DNA of 64,000 bases from a virus. Lineage: Duplodnaviria; Caudoviricetes. The notes below the pieces were generated by a model, which made no database searches, was not told the origin of the DNA, and saw only the letters and a program-made list of their open reading frames with translations. Where the stretch lies: positions 118,850-182,849 of IMG/VR virus record IMGVR_UViG_3300020576_004755; one strand, written 5' to 3'. Below are positions 1 to 10,394 of this stretch, piece by piece. The position numbers and the translations under genes are program-made. Every line of letters starts with the position of its first letter. Position 1 is the stretch's first letter.

Positions 1-978
1 GTGAAGCTCGGAAGTAGCAATCACCGTCCACTGATAGTAATCGTACGAACACCACTGTTCCATCGTAGGACACTGTTCATAGCAAGTGTCATACTCAGTC
101 CGCGAGCAAGAATCACACTCGGTATGCGACTGCGGAGTGCAAGTCTCAGAACACTCGGAAAATCCATTTCCGCTGCTATGGCAAGACTCATGGCAGGATT
201 CACCATCGCTCACGCTATGACAGTTGCACTCGTACGAGACACTGTGAGGATTGCAGTTATACGGATTGCAATCGTGAGTGCCATGCTGGCGAGTCTCGCA
301 AACATCGTTGAAATGCGAAGCAGGCTCATCATCCTGCCAACCCGTGTCATGGTGCGTGGAACGCTGCGAAAGGTTCGCACGATGGCTCCAGTACGTGTTC
401 GTAACCGTAACCAGCTTGGAATGATACGAGAAAAGCCAGAAGAGAAGGAAGACCAGAAGACCAAGACCAGCGACTACGGCACCAATCTTTGCGTAAAGAA
501 GCTTCTCTTCATCGCTGAAAAAAGAATTGAGCTTATTGTTGCTGTTGTCATCGGTAGAAGGAAGCCAACCAGTAGGCTCAATGACGCGAGCAGGAGCACT
601 ATTCTTTGGGGCAATAGCAGGACGAAGAATACGGTTCCAGTCATGCTGGACCGGAGGATCGGCAAGAGTCTCCTGCTGCTTTTCTTTTGCAGCTTCAAGC
701 GTCTTGGGACCACCGCAAACCGAACACTCACCATAAAGGTTACGAACATCGTTCTTGCAGAACTCGCAAGACCAATTCGAACCAGCCTTTGCAAGCTTCA
801 AAAGCTCGGGATCCGTAACCGGAGCAGACGTAAGATTCTTTGAAGTGTCGTACTCCTCACGCTTCTCTTTGTAAGATCCGCACTTCTTACACTTCATATC
901 GCGACCACGATTCACTTCCTTGCAGGAATCGCAAGTCCAAGTATTCTCAACGGTCCAACGACGCTTAACGTAGCTCAT
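1..978 (-). CDS. RanBP2-type Zn-finger, single-TM protein with Cys/His-rich C-terminal region (runs off window)
   Basis: Manual translation from ATG 978: MSYVKRRWTVENTWTCDSCKEVNRGRDMKCKKCGS...WSCEFCKND...CSVCGGP, TM IGAVVAGLGLLVFLLFWLF, then Cys-rich; ATGA overlap with upstream gene; missed by ORF track because it is open-ended. Confidence 0.8.
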   Translation of the reverse strand, partial: MSYVKRRWTVENTWTCDSCKEVNRGRDMKCKKCGSYKEKREEYDTSKNLTSAPVTDPELLKLAKAGSNWSCEFCKNDVRNLYGECSVCGGPKTLEAAKEKQQETLADPPVQHDWNRILRPAIAPKNSAPARVIEPTGWLPSTDDNSNNKLNSFFSDEEKLLYAKIGAVVAGLGLLVFLLFWLFSYHSKLVTVTNTYWSHRANLSQRSTHHDTGWQDDEPASHFNDVCETRQHGTHDCNPYNCNPHSVSYECNCHSVSDGESCHESCHSSGNGFSECSETCTPQSHTECDSCSRTEYDTCYEQCPTMEQWCSYDYYQWTVIATSELH

Positions 979-1265
979 GCGTGCTCCAAGTCTTTGTTTT
1001 TCTTGTTTTCGGTCCAGTTTTTCTTTTGTTCGATCGAATCTTTAATCAAGAGCTTTGCAGCTTCCTTAATCGAAGTGCAAACAACAACCCGATCCCACGA
1101 AATCGCTGTCAGCTTAACGCTCGCATTGTCATGATCAAGAGTTGCAACAATTCGACCGTCAAAAGAGGAATACACTCGCTCAGAAACATTATCATTCACC
1201 ATAGACGCAAAGGTCATTTGACCTTCAAGCTTTTCTATGGTCTTCTTGTTTACAAGAGTGTTCAT
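975..1265 (-). CDS. hypothetical protein
   Basis: ORF; start trimmed to ATG just downstream of promoter 1273-1301. Confidence 0.6.
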   Translation of the reverse strand: MNTLVNKKTIEKLEGQMTFASMVNDNVSERVYSSFDGRIVATLDHDNASVKLTAISWDRVVVCTSIKEAAKLLIKDSIEQKKNWTENKKNKDLEHA

Positions 1266-1272
1266 ATGATCC

Positions 1273-1301
1273 ATTATAGCAAAAATATCCAAAATGTAAA
1301 C
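1273..1301 (-). promoter_or_regulatory. early-type promoter
   Basis: GTTTAC-N17-TATAAT with TG extension. Confidence 0.75.
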
Positions 1302-1642
1302 TAACATTTGGATATTGTTTTTATGCTTGTTTTGCAGTCTATCGGTCAATCATCAACGAATAGGCAGAACTACAGCAGTACCAGTCTCGGTGTCAAACTC
1401 AAGGGTGCAGCATTCGCCATATTGAACCCACTTCTTCAAAGCAGACTCAACCTCTTGATACTCTTCATCAACCAATTGCTTGAATTCTTTCTTCGCAGAC
1501 TTATCTTCAAAAGAACGTGATACAAATCCTCATGTCCATTCTCGCGGAGCTTCGCAACGGCATGATCCTTTATCGACTCGTAAAAGCCATCGGGATCCTT
1601 AATTGAAATTGTGATCTTCATTTTCCTTTTCTCTCTTTTTGA

Positions 1643-1846
1643 TCAACGACGACCAAAGTTATTTGCGCGAAGAAATATTGGAGTATCCTTGCTTACGCAT
1701 CGGAAGACGCCAGCATCATCCTGAATCAAAACGCCATTCGGACAATCTGGTCGATTCACATACTGATATCCATTGAATGCCCAGGCACCTACAATTACTA
1801 GGAGGACAAAAACAAAAAATGCTTGAAAACTTCTATCGCTATGCAT
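1643..1846 (-). CDS. small membrane protein, resembles 58916..59149
   Basis: TM helix then CPNGVLIQDDAGVFRCVS. Confidence 0.6.
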   Translation of the reverse strand: MHSDRSFQAFFVFVLLVIVGAWAFNGYQYVNRPDCPNGVLIQDDAGVFRCVSKDTPIFLRANNFGRR

Positions 1847-1883
1847 ATTGAATATTTCCTTTATATCTTTCTTTTTCTTGTTT

Positions 1884-2252
1884 TCAGCCCCAAGCGAAGC
1901 ACTCGCCGTATTCCTGGCAGTATGCGAGGATGGCATCGAGACGGAAAAGGAAGCTAAGAGCCTGGTCGTCCTTCGGATCCAAGGTCGAAACGTTGGTTAG
2001 CTTGAGGATATTGCGACGAAGCTCGGCAATAAGATCCGGCGAAATCTTGCCAGTCGGCGCGGGATCGATGCCGATCAGGTTGAGAAGGTGGGATGCCGTG
2101 CTATTGCTCACACAAAGCTCCGGGGCATCGCAAATGCTAACCCATCCATCACCCTTGCAGAAATAGCAATCGCTATCCGGGGTACACGTACACTGACGCT
2201 CCGAATAGGTGGGAGTGTGATTCGCGGAGGTGGAGTAGAAGGTCGTCGTCAT
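1884..2252 (-). CDS. hypothetical Cys-containing protein
   Basis: ORF start MTTTFY directly after promoter 2260-2288. Confidence 0.6.
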   Translation of the reverse strand: MTTTFYSTSANHTPTYSERQCTCTPDSDCYFCKGDGWVSICDAPELCVSNSTASHLLNLIGIDPAPTGKISPDLIAELRRNILKLTNVSTLDPKDDQALSFLFRLDAILAYCQEYGECFAWG

Positions 2253-2259
2253 AACATCT

Positions 2260-2288
2260 ATTATAGCAAAAATTTCCATAATGTAAAC
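2260..2288 (-). promoter_or_regulatory. early-type promoter
   Basis: GTTTAC-N17-TATAAT with TG extension. Confidence 0.75.
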
Positions 2289-2323
2289 CAACATTATGGA
2301 AAAATTATTTTCTGCCTATATTT

Positions 2324-2659
2324 CTAGAGGATTTCTTCGATTCGCTTCATTGAGCCTGGATGATAGTCATGCTTTTGAGCAAACCAACCTTCTCGTCCTG
2401 CACCTTCATCAATAAGGATTTCAAAACAATCCGTATGCAAATAAACCGAAATGGTTCGCTTATATGGTTGAGGTACGCTCTTAACGTAATAGGTTCCGTA
2501 ATGCTTAAAACCACCAACATCAACAAGCTTGGTATGCATTTCTTTTACAAAAGCTTCTTTTTCTTCTTTTGTCATGGGAAGAAACGTACGTTTCGATGGC
2601 TTAGGTTTCATGTTACTGTGAGTCTCCATCGTCATTGCCACCATCATTTGCTGATGCAA
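2324..2659 (-). CDS. hypothetical protein
   Basis: ORF in gene-dense minus-strand run; start uncertain. Confidence 0.5.
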   Translation of the reverse strand: MHQQMMVAMTMETHSNMKPKPSKRTFLPMTKEEKEAFVKEMHTKLVDVGGFKHYGTYYVKSVPQPYKRTISVYLHTDCFEILIDEGAGREGWFAQKHDYHPGSMKRIEEIL

Positions 2660-2725
2660 TCATTAGCACAAAGATAATTCCCGAAAGGAATCCGCAAAGA
2701 TAAGGAATCATGATTTTCTCTCTTT

Positions 2726-3025
2726 TCAATCCTCTGTTGACATTGGAGTTGTTGAGCACTCAACAACAAGCTCGAAATTTCCCTTTAACAAGAACTCTGC
2801 AAAATTTTCAAATGCCAGATCGCGGTTCTTAAATCGACATTCACACAAGGAATGACGCCGACCACCCTCTACAGAATAGATTGAGTAGTACGTATGGGTT
2901 GTAATGTCATTTACTTCAACATTGCCTTGAAGCTTCTGTGGAAGCCGAAGCTGTGGAGTGTGAAAGTCAACCTCAAGATTTCGAGGTGCCTTGCGCATGT
3001 AGTTTGATGATCGAATGGTTGTCAT
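2726..3025 (-). CDS. hypothetical protein, MTTIR variant of N-terminal tag
   Basis: starts MTTIRSS; promoter GTTTAC-N18-TAGAAT at 3038-3067. Confidence 0.6.
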   Translation of the reverse strand: MTTIRSSNYMRKAPRNLEVDFHTPQLRLPQKLQGNVEVNDITTHTYYSIYSVEGGRRHSLCECRFKNRDLAFENFAEFLLKGNFELVVECSTTPMSTED

Positions 3026-3071
3026 GGTAATAACTCTATTCTAGTCGTTCGACTCTGTTATGTAAACAGAC

Positions 3072-3575
3072 TTATGCATTTTCCAAAATGGCTGTCTCTG
3101 CTGCCGCTGGATTCTTTGGTTCGACCTTACCTTCCCCATCGCAATCGGGGCAAGCGGTAGGTTCATAAAGAACGTTCATCGGATATTGAACTTCGACCTT
3201 GATATGACCAGATCCAGAACATCGATCGCAAAGTCGCATAGGACGCTTGCTATGCAATGCTTCTGCTTGAAAAAAGCTCCTTGCACGTCGTTCAGCCTCG
3301 CGACGCTCGACTTCATTTGAGTAAATACGGTAAAGCTTATAGCTAAAATCGCCGCCAACAGATTTGCCGTCCTTGTCAAACCAGTCTTTTTGTGCCAGCG
3401 GAGAGTAACTGTAATACTGCTCAAGTGTATCGAAGTCTTCGTTCAAAACATTCATTCTGACAACTGCGTTATCCCAAGATGATCGACGTCCTTTGATTAG
3501 CAGATCATCCGAAGAGAAGAACGTGAACTTCGGATAGATTCCAAAGAACTTTTTGATATGTCTAAATGGGCTCAT
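3072..3575 (-). CDS. protein with DnaJ-type Zn-finger repeats
   Basis: CDRCSGSG ... CPDCDGEG. Confidence 0.65.
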   Translation of the reverse strand: MSPFRHIKKFFGIYPKFTFFSSDDLLIKGRRSSWDNAVVRMNVLNEDFDTLEQYYSYSPLAQKDWFDKDGKSVGGDFSYKLYRIYSNEVERREAERRARSFFQAEALHSKRPMRLCDRCSGSGHIKVEVQYPMNVLYEPTACPDCDGEGKVEPKNPAAAETAILENA

Positions 3576-3596
3576 GGCTATTTCTTCTTTTTCTTC

Positions 3597-3977
3597 TCAT
3601 CCCAAAGCGGCTGGAAAGTAGCCGTACCAGTCAAGCAGATAGTGAATAACGTATGCATTCACCCAAACTACAAAACAAAGAAGAAATGGATAGACAGATT
3701 GAGCGAGCTCGGAACCAACAAAAGGATACTTTTCATCAAGATATTCCTTTCCAAGTTCGATCGAATAGACCTTGCTAATGCCATCATAGTTCATTCCGAA
3801 TCGGGATCCGACGATGGTAACGGCAAAAGCAATGCCAACAAGGATCTCGCGTGAGGGGAGTGCCCAAGGCAAATGGTAAAGATGCCAAACATCATTCAGT
3901 ACATAGACACCGAAAATGACTGTCAGCGGATATAGGATAAAAATCTTGAAAATGGTCCATAGAATGTTGTTGAGCAT
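3597..3977 (-). CDS. multi-TM membrane protein
   Basis: three hydrophobic segments. Confidence 0.6.
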   Translation of the reverse strand: MLNNILWTIFKIFILYPLTVIFGVYVLNDVWHLYHLPWALPSREILVGIAFAVTIVGSRFGMNYDGISKVYSIELGKEYLDEKYPFVGSELAQSVYPFLLCFVVWVNAYVIHYLLDWYGYFPAALG

Positions 3978-4007
3978 TTTTTCTGTTTCTTCTTTCTTTT
4001 CTGTTTT

Positions 4008-5907
4008 TTAGATATGAAATACGTGAGTCTTCAAACAAGTCTTGTTGTCATTGAAAACAGACTTGTCAAACATTGCGAACGTTACAACTCGGCGACCAGA
4101 ATCAAGCCTGAAATAGCAATGAACCAAACGACCGCGATACTTGGCTTGCCAAATAACGTAGTCGCTAGGACCAACTAAGGTTGAAACTGCCTTGAAGCGA
4201 TTCATTGATATGAACTTACCAGTTTGAATGGTTGAAAAAATAGATAGCTGCTTGACCAGCCGGTATCAAGCAAATGGCAGCCGTTGCCGGATCGTGCCAA
4301 TAGAAATATCGAAAGATAGCTGCAACAGTCCACAAAACAGAAGTTACAGCCAAAATCGTTCGGTAATTACGCATTGGCTTCGACTCCGTTGAAAAGATGC
4401 CAGGCAAGCTCATCGAGAGTCCAACCATGCGAAGCGGCAATGATTCGATTCTGCCGATCATTCTTGATCAGAACTCCACCAACTCCCGTGCCCACAAGGG
4501 CATCCACAACGTCATTGGCATCGGACTGATATCCGTGATATGCCACGTTGACTGCCGCACAATCGGCAAGCTGTGCAGTCTCATACTGCTCACACGCATC
4601 GCGATTGAAAGCGTTTACGAACGGGAGCTTGCTCTTGAAGATAGACATTGGTCTTGGCTCTCTCTCTTGTTTTCCGAGTCTTTATATACTCTAACAGAAA
4701 AGGAGGATAGAGTAAACCACAATATCCAAAAAAGTTATTCCCCTGTTTTATCGGGGAATAACTCGTTTGAAATCTCTGTTAGCATTTCTGCGTAGTGAAG
4801 CAGGAGCTTTCGAAGGAAGAATGCGAAGAGCATGACAACGGAAGTCATTGCAATGCCGGACAAGATTAGAGAGTGTGTCTTTAGAAGCGCAAACTCCATC
4901 GTAAGCTCACCAAGGAAGATCAATAAGAAAAACATTGATCCCATGATCAACAGATTGAAGAGAATCACCGGAATTGCGATGACAAGATAGAGGATGGTCT
5001 TAAGCATTGTTTCCGCTCTCCCCAATCAGAAGATCCTTCTCAAGAATCTCTGCTGCTCTGTATGCAAAGTAAACAATCTCTGCACCAAAGTCCTCGACAA
5101 GAATCTTGTCGCCAAGAACGTCCTTAATGGAATTGCCCCAACGAATACGATGCCTGCAAACATCGATGCAGTTCTCGATCTTCGGGTTAGTCTCGTTGTG
5201 ATTGATAAGGGGAAACATTGTCTCTGAACTCAAATGAAAAAGTTATGGTGCGCCAAATACTAGCAAGTATAGATAGACGACACCAATGAAAAGGAAAAAG
5301 GTTGCGACGCTTGCAAGGAACTCAAGAACCTCAGTCTTGCGATCTCCCTTGTAACTTCGAAGCTCTGGCATCTTGTTGGTTTTCTTGCTGTTTTTGGTCA
5401 TTTTTACGACTGCTGCCTTACGCGAAGCTCGCCACCAACAAGCCAGGGATGACCCTCGATTGGACGCTTCTTGAAGAAGACAAGAGGATCCTTTTCATCT
5501 TGCTGTTTCATCAAACGAATTTGATTCTCTGCCCAAATATAGTCGGGATGCCTATCGCTCATAAAGTCAACCTACCATTACGAAATTGTGGATCTTATCA
5601 CCAAGCTCATCAAACCCGAGGAACCAACAGATTCCTGCAATGGGATGACACACAAGGTTATGAAAGAGAAGTTGGAAGCTACGTCTATTAATCATCGTGG
5701 AATTGCCTTTTGTACCGCTGCCTTGAGCAAGGTCTTTCGAAGCTCTGCACGAATCGGAAACCCGTTTGCTTCTGCATTTTCAAACTGCTCAACGATTGCA
5801 AACAATGAAGTTGCAAGGGTTTCCACAAGTTCTTCATTTGAAGTTGTGTAACGATCAAGAATGATCGTATCGATTAGCTTTTCGACGTTTTGCTCTAGGA
5901 TGGTCAT
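4008..5907 (-). other. run of small hypothetical genes (e.g. 4008-4205, 4367-4648, 4735-5025, 5000-5233, 5692-5907)
   Basis: abutting minus-strand ORFs; promoters at 4688-4717 and 5917-5946. Confidence 0.5.
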
Positions 5908-5972
5908 TGTTCGTGTAGCCTATCATGGAATATGGAAAATGTAAACCAAAGTTGAAGCGATTAGCGTAGCGG

Positions 5973-6350
5973 TTAGTGCGGAACCTCTTTAACTACTGGA
6001 CAAAAGTGACTCTCTGAGTCTGCTAGCTCGTTTAGAAAGACTTTGACAAAGGCTCGGACAGGCATGGGAAGTGAGGTTGTTGTGACTGCTGGAGCAAAAT
6101 GATAAGATACAGTGTTCTGAAAAGTCCAGTAATGGTTGATCCAACCTGAACCCTCTTCTCCCTTATAGAGAAAGTTGCACGGTCCCGTGATTGCCTTGTC
6201 GGAGATTTCAATAAATCGTTTGGTTTTTGGATTTGTCATATTATTTCGAGAAATAGAACCAAGGAAGCCGATAAAAGATGCAGAGTTAATCTTGAAAAAG
6301 ATTAATGGCATTGGTCCAAGAGTCTCTGTGTTTGTTCTACGGATTGTCAT
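5973..6350 (-). CDS. MTIR-tag family protein
   Basis: MTIRRT. Confidence 0.7.
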   Translation of the reverse strand: MTIRRTNTETLGPMPLIFFKINSASFIGFLGSISRNNMTNPKTKRFIEISDKAITGPCNFLYKGEEGSGWINHYWTFQNTVSYHFAPAVTTTSLPMPVRAFVKVFLNELADSESHFCPVVKEVPH

Positions 6351-7401
6351 CTTTTTCTTTCTTCAAAAGCTGTGCAATCAACCCATCCCACATTAGCCGA
6401 AACTTGATATAGTTTGGAGGAGACTCAATATACTTGTAAATCTTCTCGTTCACAAAGAGTTCAATCAACCACTCTTGCTTCTCTGTGAACGGATCGGACT
6501 TTCCAAGATACCGCTTTATCTGGCTCTTAAACCAAAAGAGAAAGGTTTCCTTCTCGACGCAGTAAAGCTCAATTCCACGAATGAACCGACTGATCTCGTC
6601 TGAGAAGAAGATTTTCTCCTTTTTCTTCTTTTGGTATTTCGTTGCCATGATGTTGTTTTTAGTCGTGCGAGGTATAGGATCCGAGAGAAAAGCTGCAATA
6701 CTCACGGGTCCACTCAAGCGTCTCAGGATCGTACTCTCCGTCAACATAGACGGTGATCTGTGGGCTGGTGTAATATCCACCCGTAGAAATCTCTTCAAGG
6801 TGGATCTCTGCCTTGTACTTCTTAAGAAGCTCCTGTAGATCCTTTCGGAACTCTGCTTCGACTTCCTGCTTGGTAATCATTATGGTCATGGTTCAATCAT
6901 CATCAGTGTGCGTCAGGATAGATAAGGTAACAGTTGGTATCCAGTAAAAGTGCTTCTGCGTGAACTCGACGATTTCCACAAGAACATCGCGGTTCGCCTA
7001 CAATCCAAGTCTCGCATTCGCAAATGTTGCTGTCAATCCTTACTTCTTCGTCTGATTCAGACCAAACCTCAAGCCAAAATGCAATTGCATCTTCTGCCGA
7101 ATCGGCAATTACTTCTGCGGAAGAAATCGATTCGTTTCGAAAACTAGCTTTCATTTTTCTACTTCTCCTTGTTTCTTAGAAGAGAGCCGCAAATCGCGTT
7201 TAGCTTCTGCAAATGCTCAATTTCTTGTAACAATGCATCTACATTGGTGACGTTCGCGTCGTCTTTGAAATTTGCACACGCTTTCATCCAAGCAAGTGCA
7301 GCCTCATAATCATTTGGATTCTCATCCAAATTCTTGCGGGTGATTTTTACTTGATCAACCGCTGCACGGCATTGATCGATAATTGGTTTGGTGATTGTCA
7401 A
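6337..7401 (-). other. four small hypothetical genes (6337-6648, 6659-6889, 6903-7154, 7159-7401)
   Basis: abutting ORFs; 6903-7154 has CECETW..RCSCGNRRV Cys motif. Confidence 0.55.
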
Positions 7402-7690
7402 ATTCTATATCACGCAAGGTAGAGTCAACAGATTTAATTGTGTCATAGACTTGCCGACGAATAGTCTTTGGAAGGTATGGGACTTCGTGATAGGTTAGTT
7501 CTTTAAATCTTCCAAGGCATGACAGGCTGGCTGTTGAATAATCTGCTGGAAGTTGAAAGCTGCACTGTCGAACATAACCAAGGTAATACCAATCGCCATA
7601 AGAATCAAAATCATGTATAAAGATGGCTACGTAGATGTTGTCCACAGTCTCTTGAACATAATCATGACGGTGTAGTGCTCTTATGGTCAT
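7355..7690 (-). CDS. MTIR-tag family protein
   Basis: MTIRAL. Confidence 0.7.
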   Translation of the reverse strand: MTIRALHRHDYVQETVDNIYVAIFIHDFDSYGDWYYLGYVRQCSFQLPADYSTASLSCLGRFKELTYHEVPYLPKTIRRQVYDTIKSVDSTLRDIEFDNHQTNYRSMPCSG

Positions 7691-7908
7691 TACAATTCAC
7701 CCCTCCAAATCTTCTTGATTGCATTATATTGCATTGGCAATGCTCTCATTGGACCAACCATGTAATTCATGGTGAAGTTCATCATGTAATATTTAGGTAG
7801 GGGATGACGAGAGGATTCATGGACAGGGATAACATCTTCTTTGTCCTGAAGAAGAGTATAGATTTCAAAGCCTTCAACAACATGCGAATATGTTTTTCTG
7901 ATTGTCAT
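7690..7908 (-). CDS. MTIR-tag family protein
   Basis: MTIRKT; ATGA overlap. Confidence 0.7.
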   Translation of the reverse strand: MTIRKTYSHVVEGFEIYTLLQDKEDVIPVHESSRHPLPKYYMMNFTMNYMVGPMRALPMQYNAIKKIWRGEL

Positions 7909-8153
7909 TTCCAATCTCCCAAATCTTTCACCAAGATCAACTTATGTTCATTGCGAATCTCTTCGCAAAACTTATGGGCACTTTTCCTAATTGCTGTTGT
8001 GAAAACTGTGCCTTGCCATGGATAACAGATTTGATAAGTGTAAGCATAGCAGGCAAGACCAAAAGGTACATTCTTGTCGTTGTCAGCTACCAACAAATAG
8101 TTCAAGCTACCAAAATGAGGATATGGTTTCTCTGGTCTTCTTCGAATTGTCAT
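7905..8153 (-). CDS. MTIR-tag family protein
   Basis: MTIRRR; ATGA overlap. Confidence 0.7.
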   Translation of the reverse strand: MTIRRRPEKPYPHFGSLNYLLVADNDKNVPFGLACYAYTYQICYPWQGTVFTTAIRKSAHKFCEEIRNEHKLILVKDLGDWK

Positions 8154-8461
8154 ACGTACAATGGTCCATTTCCTTCTTTTTGCTCAAGATAGCCATATTC
8201 AAGGCAAAGGGTTTGAAGCCAAAGAAACTCTTTTGAGGACGCTAGTGGTTTAATTCCTGCGTCTGAATATAGAAACTTTTCAGAAAAGCAATTTTCACCA
8301 GCGATGATTCTTCTAGCCCATGCGTTGAACCATATAAGCTTTCTAAGATCCTCGCCGAGATATGTGATAATCACAGCAGGATACCAATCCGTAGAAGCAC
8401 GAAGAGGATTTGTTCTGATCTGATACTCGAAAGTATTCTTATGTGAGATTCTAATAGCCAA
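8150..8461 (-). CDS. MTIR-tag family protein (TTG start, MAIR)
   Basis: TTG GCT ATT AGA; 11-nt overlap. Confidence 0.65.
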   Translation of the reverse strand: MAIRISHKNTFEYQIRTNPLRASTDWYPAVIITYLGEDLRKLIWFNAWARRIIAGENCFSEKFLYSDAGIKPLASSKEFLWLQTLCLEYGYLEQKEGNGPLYV

Positions 8462-8705
8462 AGCTACAACCACTTTCCTGCATCATGCGTTGAAACTCCA
8501 TATGGTGTTTAACGTTACCATTATAGAACATAAACGTCCAGTCTGATTTCCTGACTTTGCCGTCTGTGCCTATAAATGTTCGGTTTTGAAGTATGTATCC
8601 ATGCCGGTCCAGTCTATTATTACGCTTTTTGTTGCCCCATGTGAGCATGATGAAACAATCCGTCTTTTTCAAGAGCTTTGTACTGTGTCTTGCTCGGATT
8701 GTCAT
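8451..8705 (-). CDS. MTIR-tag family protein
   Basis: MTIRAR. Confidence 0.7.
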   Translation of the reverse strand: MTIRARHSTKLLKKTDCFIMLTWGNKKRNNRLDRHGYILQNRTFIGTDGKVRKSDWTFMFYNGNVKHHMEFQRMMQESGCSFGY

Positions 8706-8708
8706 TAC

Positions 8709-8984
8709 TCAGAATCCTCTGATTGTTGTAGACCTACGTTCTGCTGCTGGCATCTGTGCTAGGATTCCCCACGCATAAGAAAGAACCAATGGATGAGACT
8801 TTCTTGTTGCCTTGGTGGCAAGGTAGATTTTGCCTTGCGATTCTTGTGTCACAACATCAAGAGTCATGAAATGATAATGTGGTCTAAGGTTCAAATGAAA
8901 GGCACGGAACAGATTCTTACTTTTTCTGTTCTGCATGAGCTTCAATGTCTTCTTGTCGAAGTTGAGTGTTTGTCTGATTGTCAT
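8709..8984 (-). CDS. MTIR-tag family protein
   Basis: MTIRQT. Confidence 0.7.
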   Translation of the reverse strand: MTIRQTLNFDKKTLKLMQNRKSKNLFRAFHLNLRPHYHFMTLDVVTQESQGKIYLATKATRKSHPLVLSYAWGILAQMPAAERRSTTIRGF

Positions 8985-8987
8985 TTT

Positions 8988-9191
8988 TTATAGGAGTCCT
9001 CTTGAAACAAGTTCAGCAATCTGCACGTAACGGATGTAAAGACGGGTATGAGCTACAGCACGACCAGAGAATGTCATTGGTATCTCTTTCTGGCAGCATG
9101 ATAGACTGTAAAGCATAGTGTCAGGGGAAATCATCAAGTAAACAGTCTGTTTTCTTTTGAGCTTATCTGTGTGGGTTGTTCTAATGGTCAT
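8988..9191 (-). CDS. MTIR-tag family protein
   Basis: internal start MTIRTT. Confidence 0.65.
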   Translation of the reverse strand: MTIRTTHTDKLKRKQTVYLMISPDTMLYSLSCCQKEIPMTFSGRAVAHTRLYIRYVQIAELVSRGLL

Positions 9192-9193
9192 TT

Positions 9194-9448
9194 TTATAGC
9201 AGTCCATCGAAAGCTTTGTGCCAGTTTGGAATATCGGTTTGATATAGAAAGAGTCTTTTGAGAAATCCAGAGTAAGAGTTTACCTGAGAAAGAGTTGCTA
9301 GTTTGAATCCAACAGGAGTACGAGGACGCGACCATGCTGTTGGTGACACAGTGCTCTTGTGAAGAGTTACAATCTTGGCTCTTATGTTCTCAACTCCATG
9401 AGTCTTTAGTGAAAGAATATTTGTTGTGCAGGTTGATCTGATTGTCAT
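9194..9448 (-). CDS. MTIR-tag family protein
   Basis: internal start MTIRST; ATGA overlap. Confidence 0.65.
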   Translation of the reverse strand: MTIRSTCTTNILSLKTHGVENIRAKIVTLHKSTVSPTAWSRPRTPVGFKLATLSQVNSYSGFLKRLFLYQTDIPNWHKAFDGLL

Positions 9449-9699
9449 GGCATTGGTAGTCCAAAGTGAGTTCTCCATTGCAAGGATTCTTCGTAACTTA
9501 CGTTGCAACCCCAGGTAAACAGGGGTCGAGTGGGTCGAGGGTGATTACTTAGCCTTCTAGCAGAATAAGAATAAATCATCCCCGTCCAGTGCCGTTTCGG
9601 ATCGTCGTTTAACGATACAATCTTCGCAAGATACCTACCATTGTAGCAGTCTGTTGGCAGGTTTGTAAACTTTGTTACGTGTATTGTCCTGATCGTCAT
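9445..9699 (-). CDS. MTIR-tag family protein
   Basis: MTIRTI. Confidence 0.7.
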   Translation of the reverse strand: MTIRTIHVTKFTNLPTDCYNGRYLAKIVSLNDDPKRHWTGMIYSYSARRLSNHPRPTRPLFTWGCNVSYEESLQWRTHFGLPMP

Positions 9700-9706
9700 T
9701 TGTTTA

Positions 9707-9940
9707 TTAGAAGCTTCCTTGAAGCATTATATCCGAAATCAACCGAAAATGTGTGCCATTCATTGTAAAGAACAAATTGCGCAGACCCTCTCCATCAATA
9801 CGAACCATGCAGCCTGCCCCAATGGTATATATGTTGCTTAGGTGTACAGTGTCATCTTGGAAAATCCCATGACCAGCCCAAAAGTTGCAAGCAAACGCAT
9901 TGCTACAATCGTCGTATTTGAATTTTGTTCTAATTGCCAT
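9707..9940 (-). CDS. MTIR-tag family protein
   Basis: MAIRTK; 11-nt overlap. Confidence 0.7.
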   Translation of the reverse strand: MAIRTKFKYDDCSNAFACNFWAGHGIFQDDTVHLSNIYTIGAGCMVRIDGEGLRNLFFTMNGTHFRLISDIMLQGSF

Positions 9941-10190
9941 AATACTCGCACCACAATTGAATATATCTGTTTAGCATTTTCTCTGGAGCAAAGATTGGGG
10001 CATCACGAAAATAGTAGTGGTCTTGCTTGTATCCACTGGACACTTGCATTTCGTACGTAACTACGGTGCCAGATTCTCTCTCGTGAGTCCAGTTAACTGG
10101 ACTTGTTTGTCTTGTTTGTGCATAGAAAGACCGCTTCCAAAAAACTTCCCATTTTGGCAATGCGTATATGTATGTTGTTCTAACGGTCAT
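9930..10190 (-). CDS. MTIR-tag family protein
   Basis: MTVRTT; ATGA overlap. Confidence 0.7.
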   Translation of the reverse strand: MTVRTTYIYALPKWEVFWKRSFYAQTRQTSPVNWTHERESGTVVTYEMQVSSGYKQDHYYFRDAPIFAPEKMLNRYIQLWCEYYGN

Positions 10191-10393
10191 ATAAACTCTG
10201 CATAGTATATGCGTACCAAGTATGACGCCGCGACGAACGCCTCATCAGAGAAAAACCAATTTTTTCTACTTTTTACCAAAGGGTATTCAAGAATAAGCCC
10301 AGAATGCCTCCGATGAATACGACGAGCAAAAGTGGTAGTTGCTGTACTCTTGGAAGAAGGTAGTTCTGCTCTGTATGTTGTTCTAATCGTCAT
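10187..10393 (-). CDS. MTIR-tag family protein
   Basis: MTIRTT. Confidence 0.7.
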   Translation of the reverse strand: MTIRTTYRAELPSSKSTATTTFARRIHRRHSGLILEYPLVKSRKNWFFSDEAFVAASYLVRIYYAEFI

Positions 10394-10394
10394 T

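Noticed and set aside
1-843. 280-aa plus-strand ORF
   Set aside because: Antisense shadow of the minus-strand Zn-finger gene, which has clear motifs and an ATGA-coupled start
5692-7401. MTIL, MTIM and MTIT starts as tag members
   Set aside because: They lack the basic residue, and some starts are uncertain; not counted
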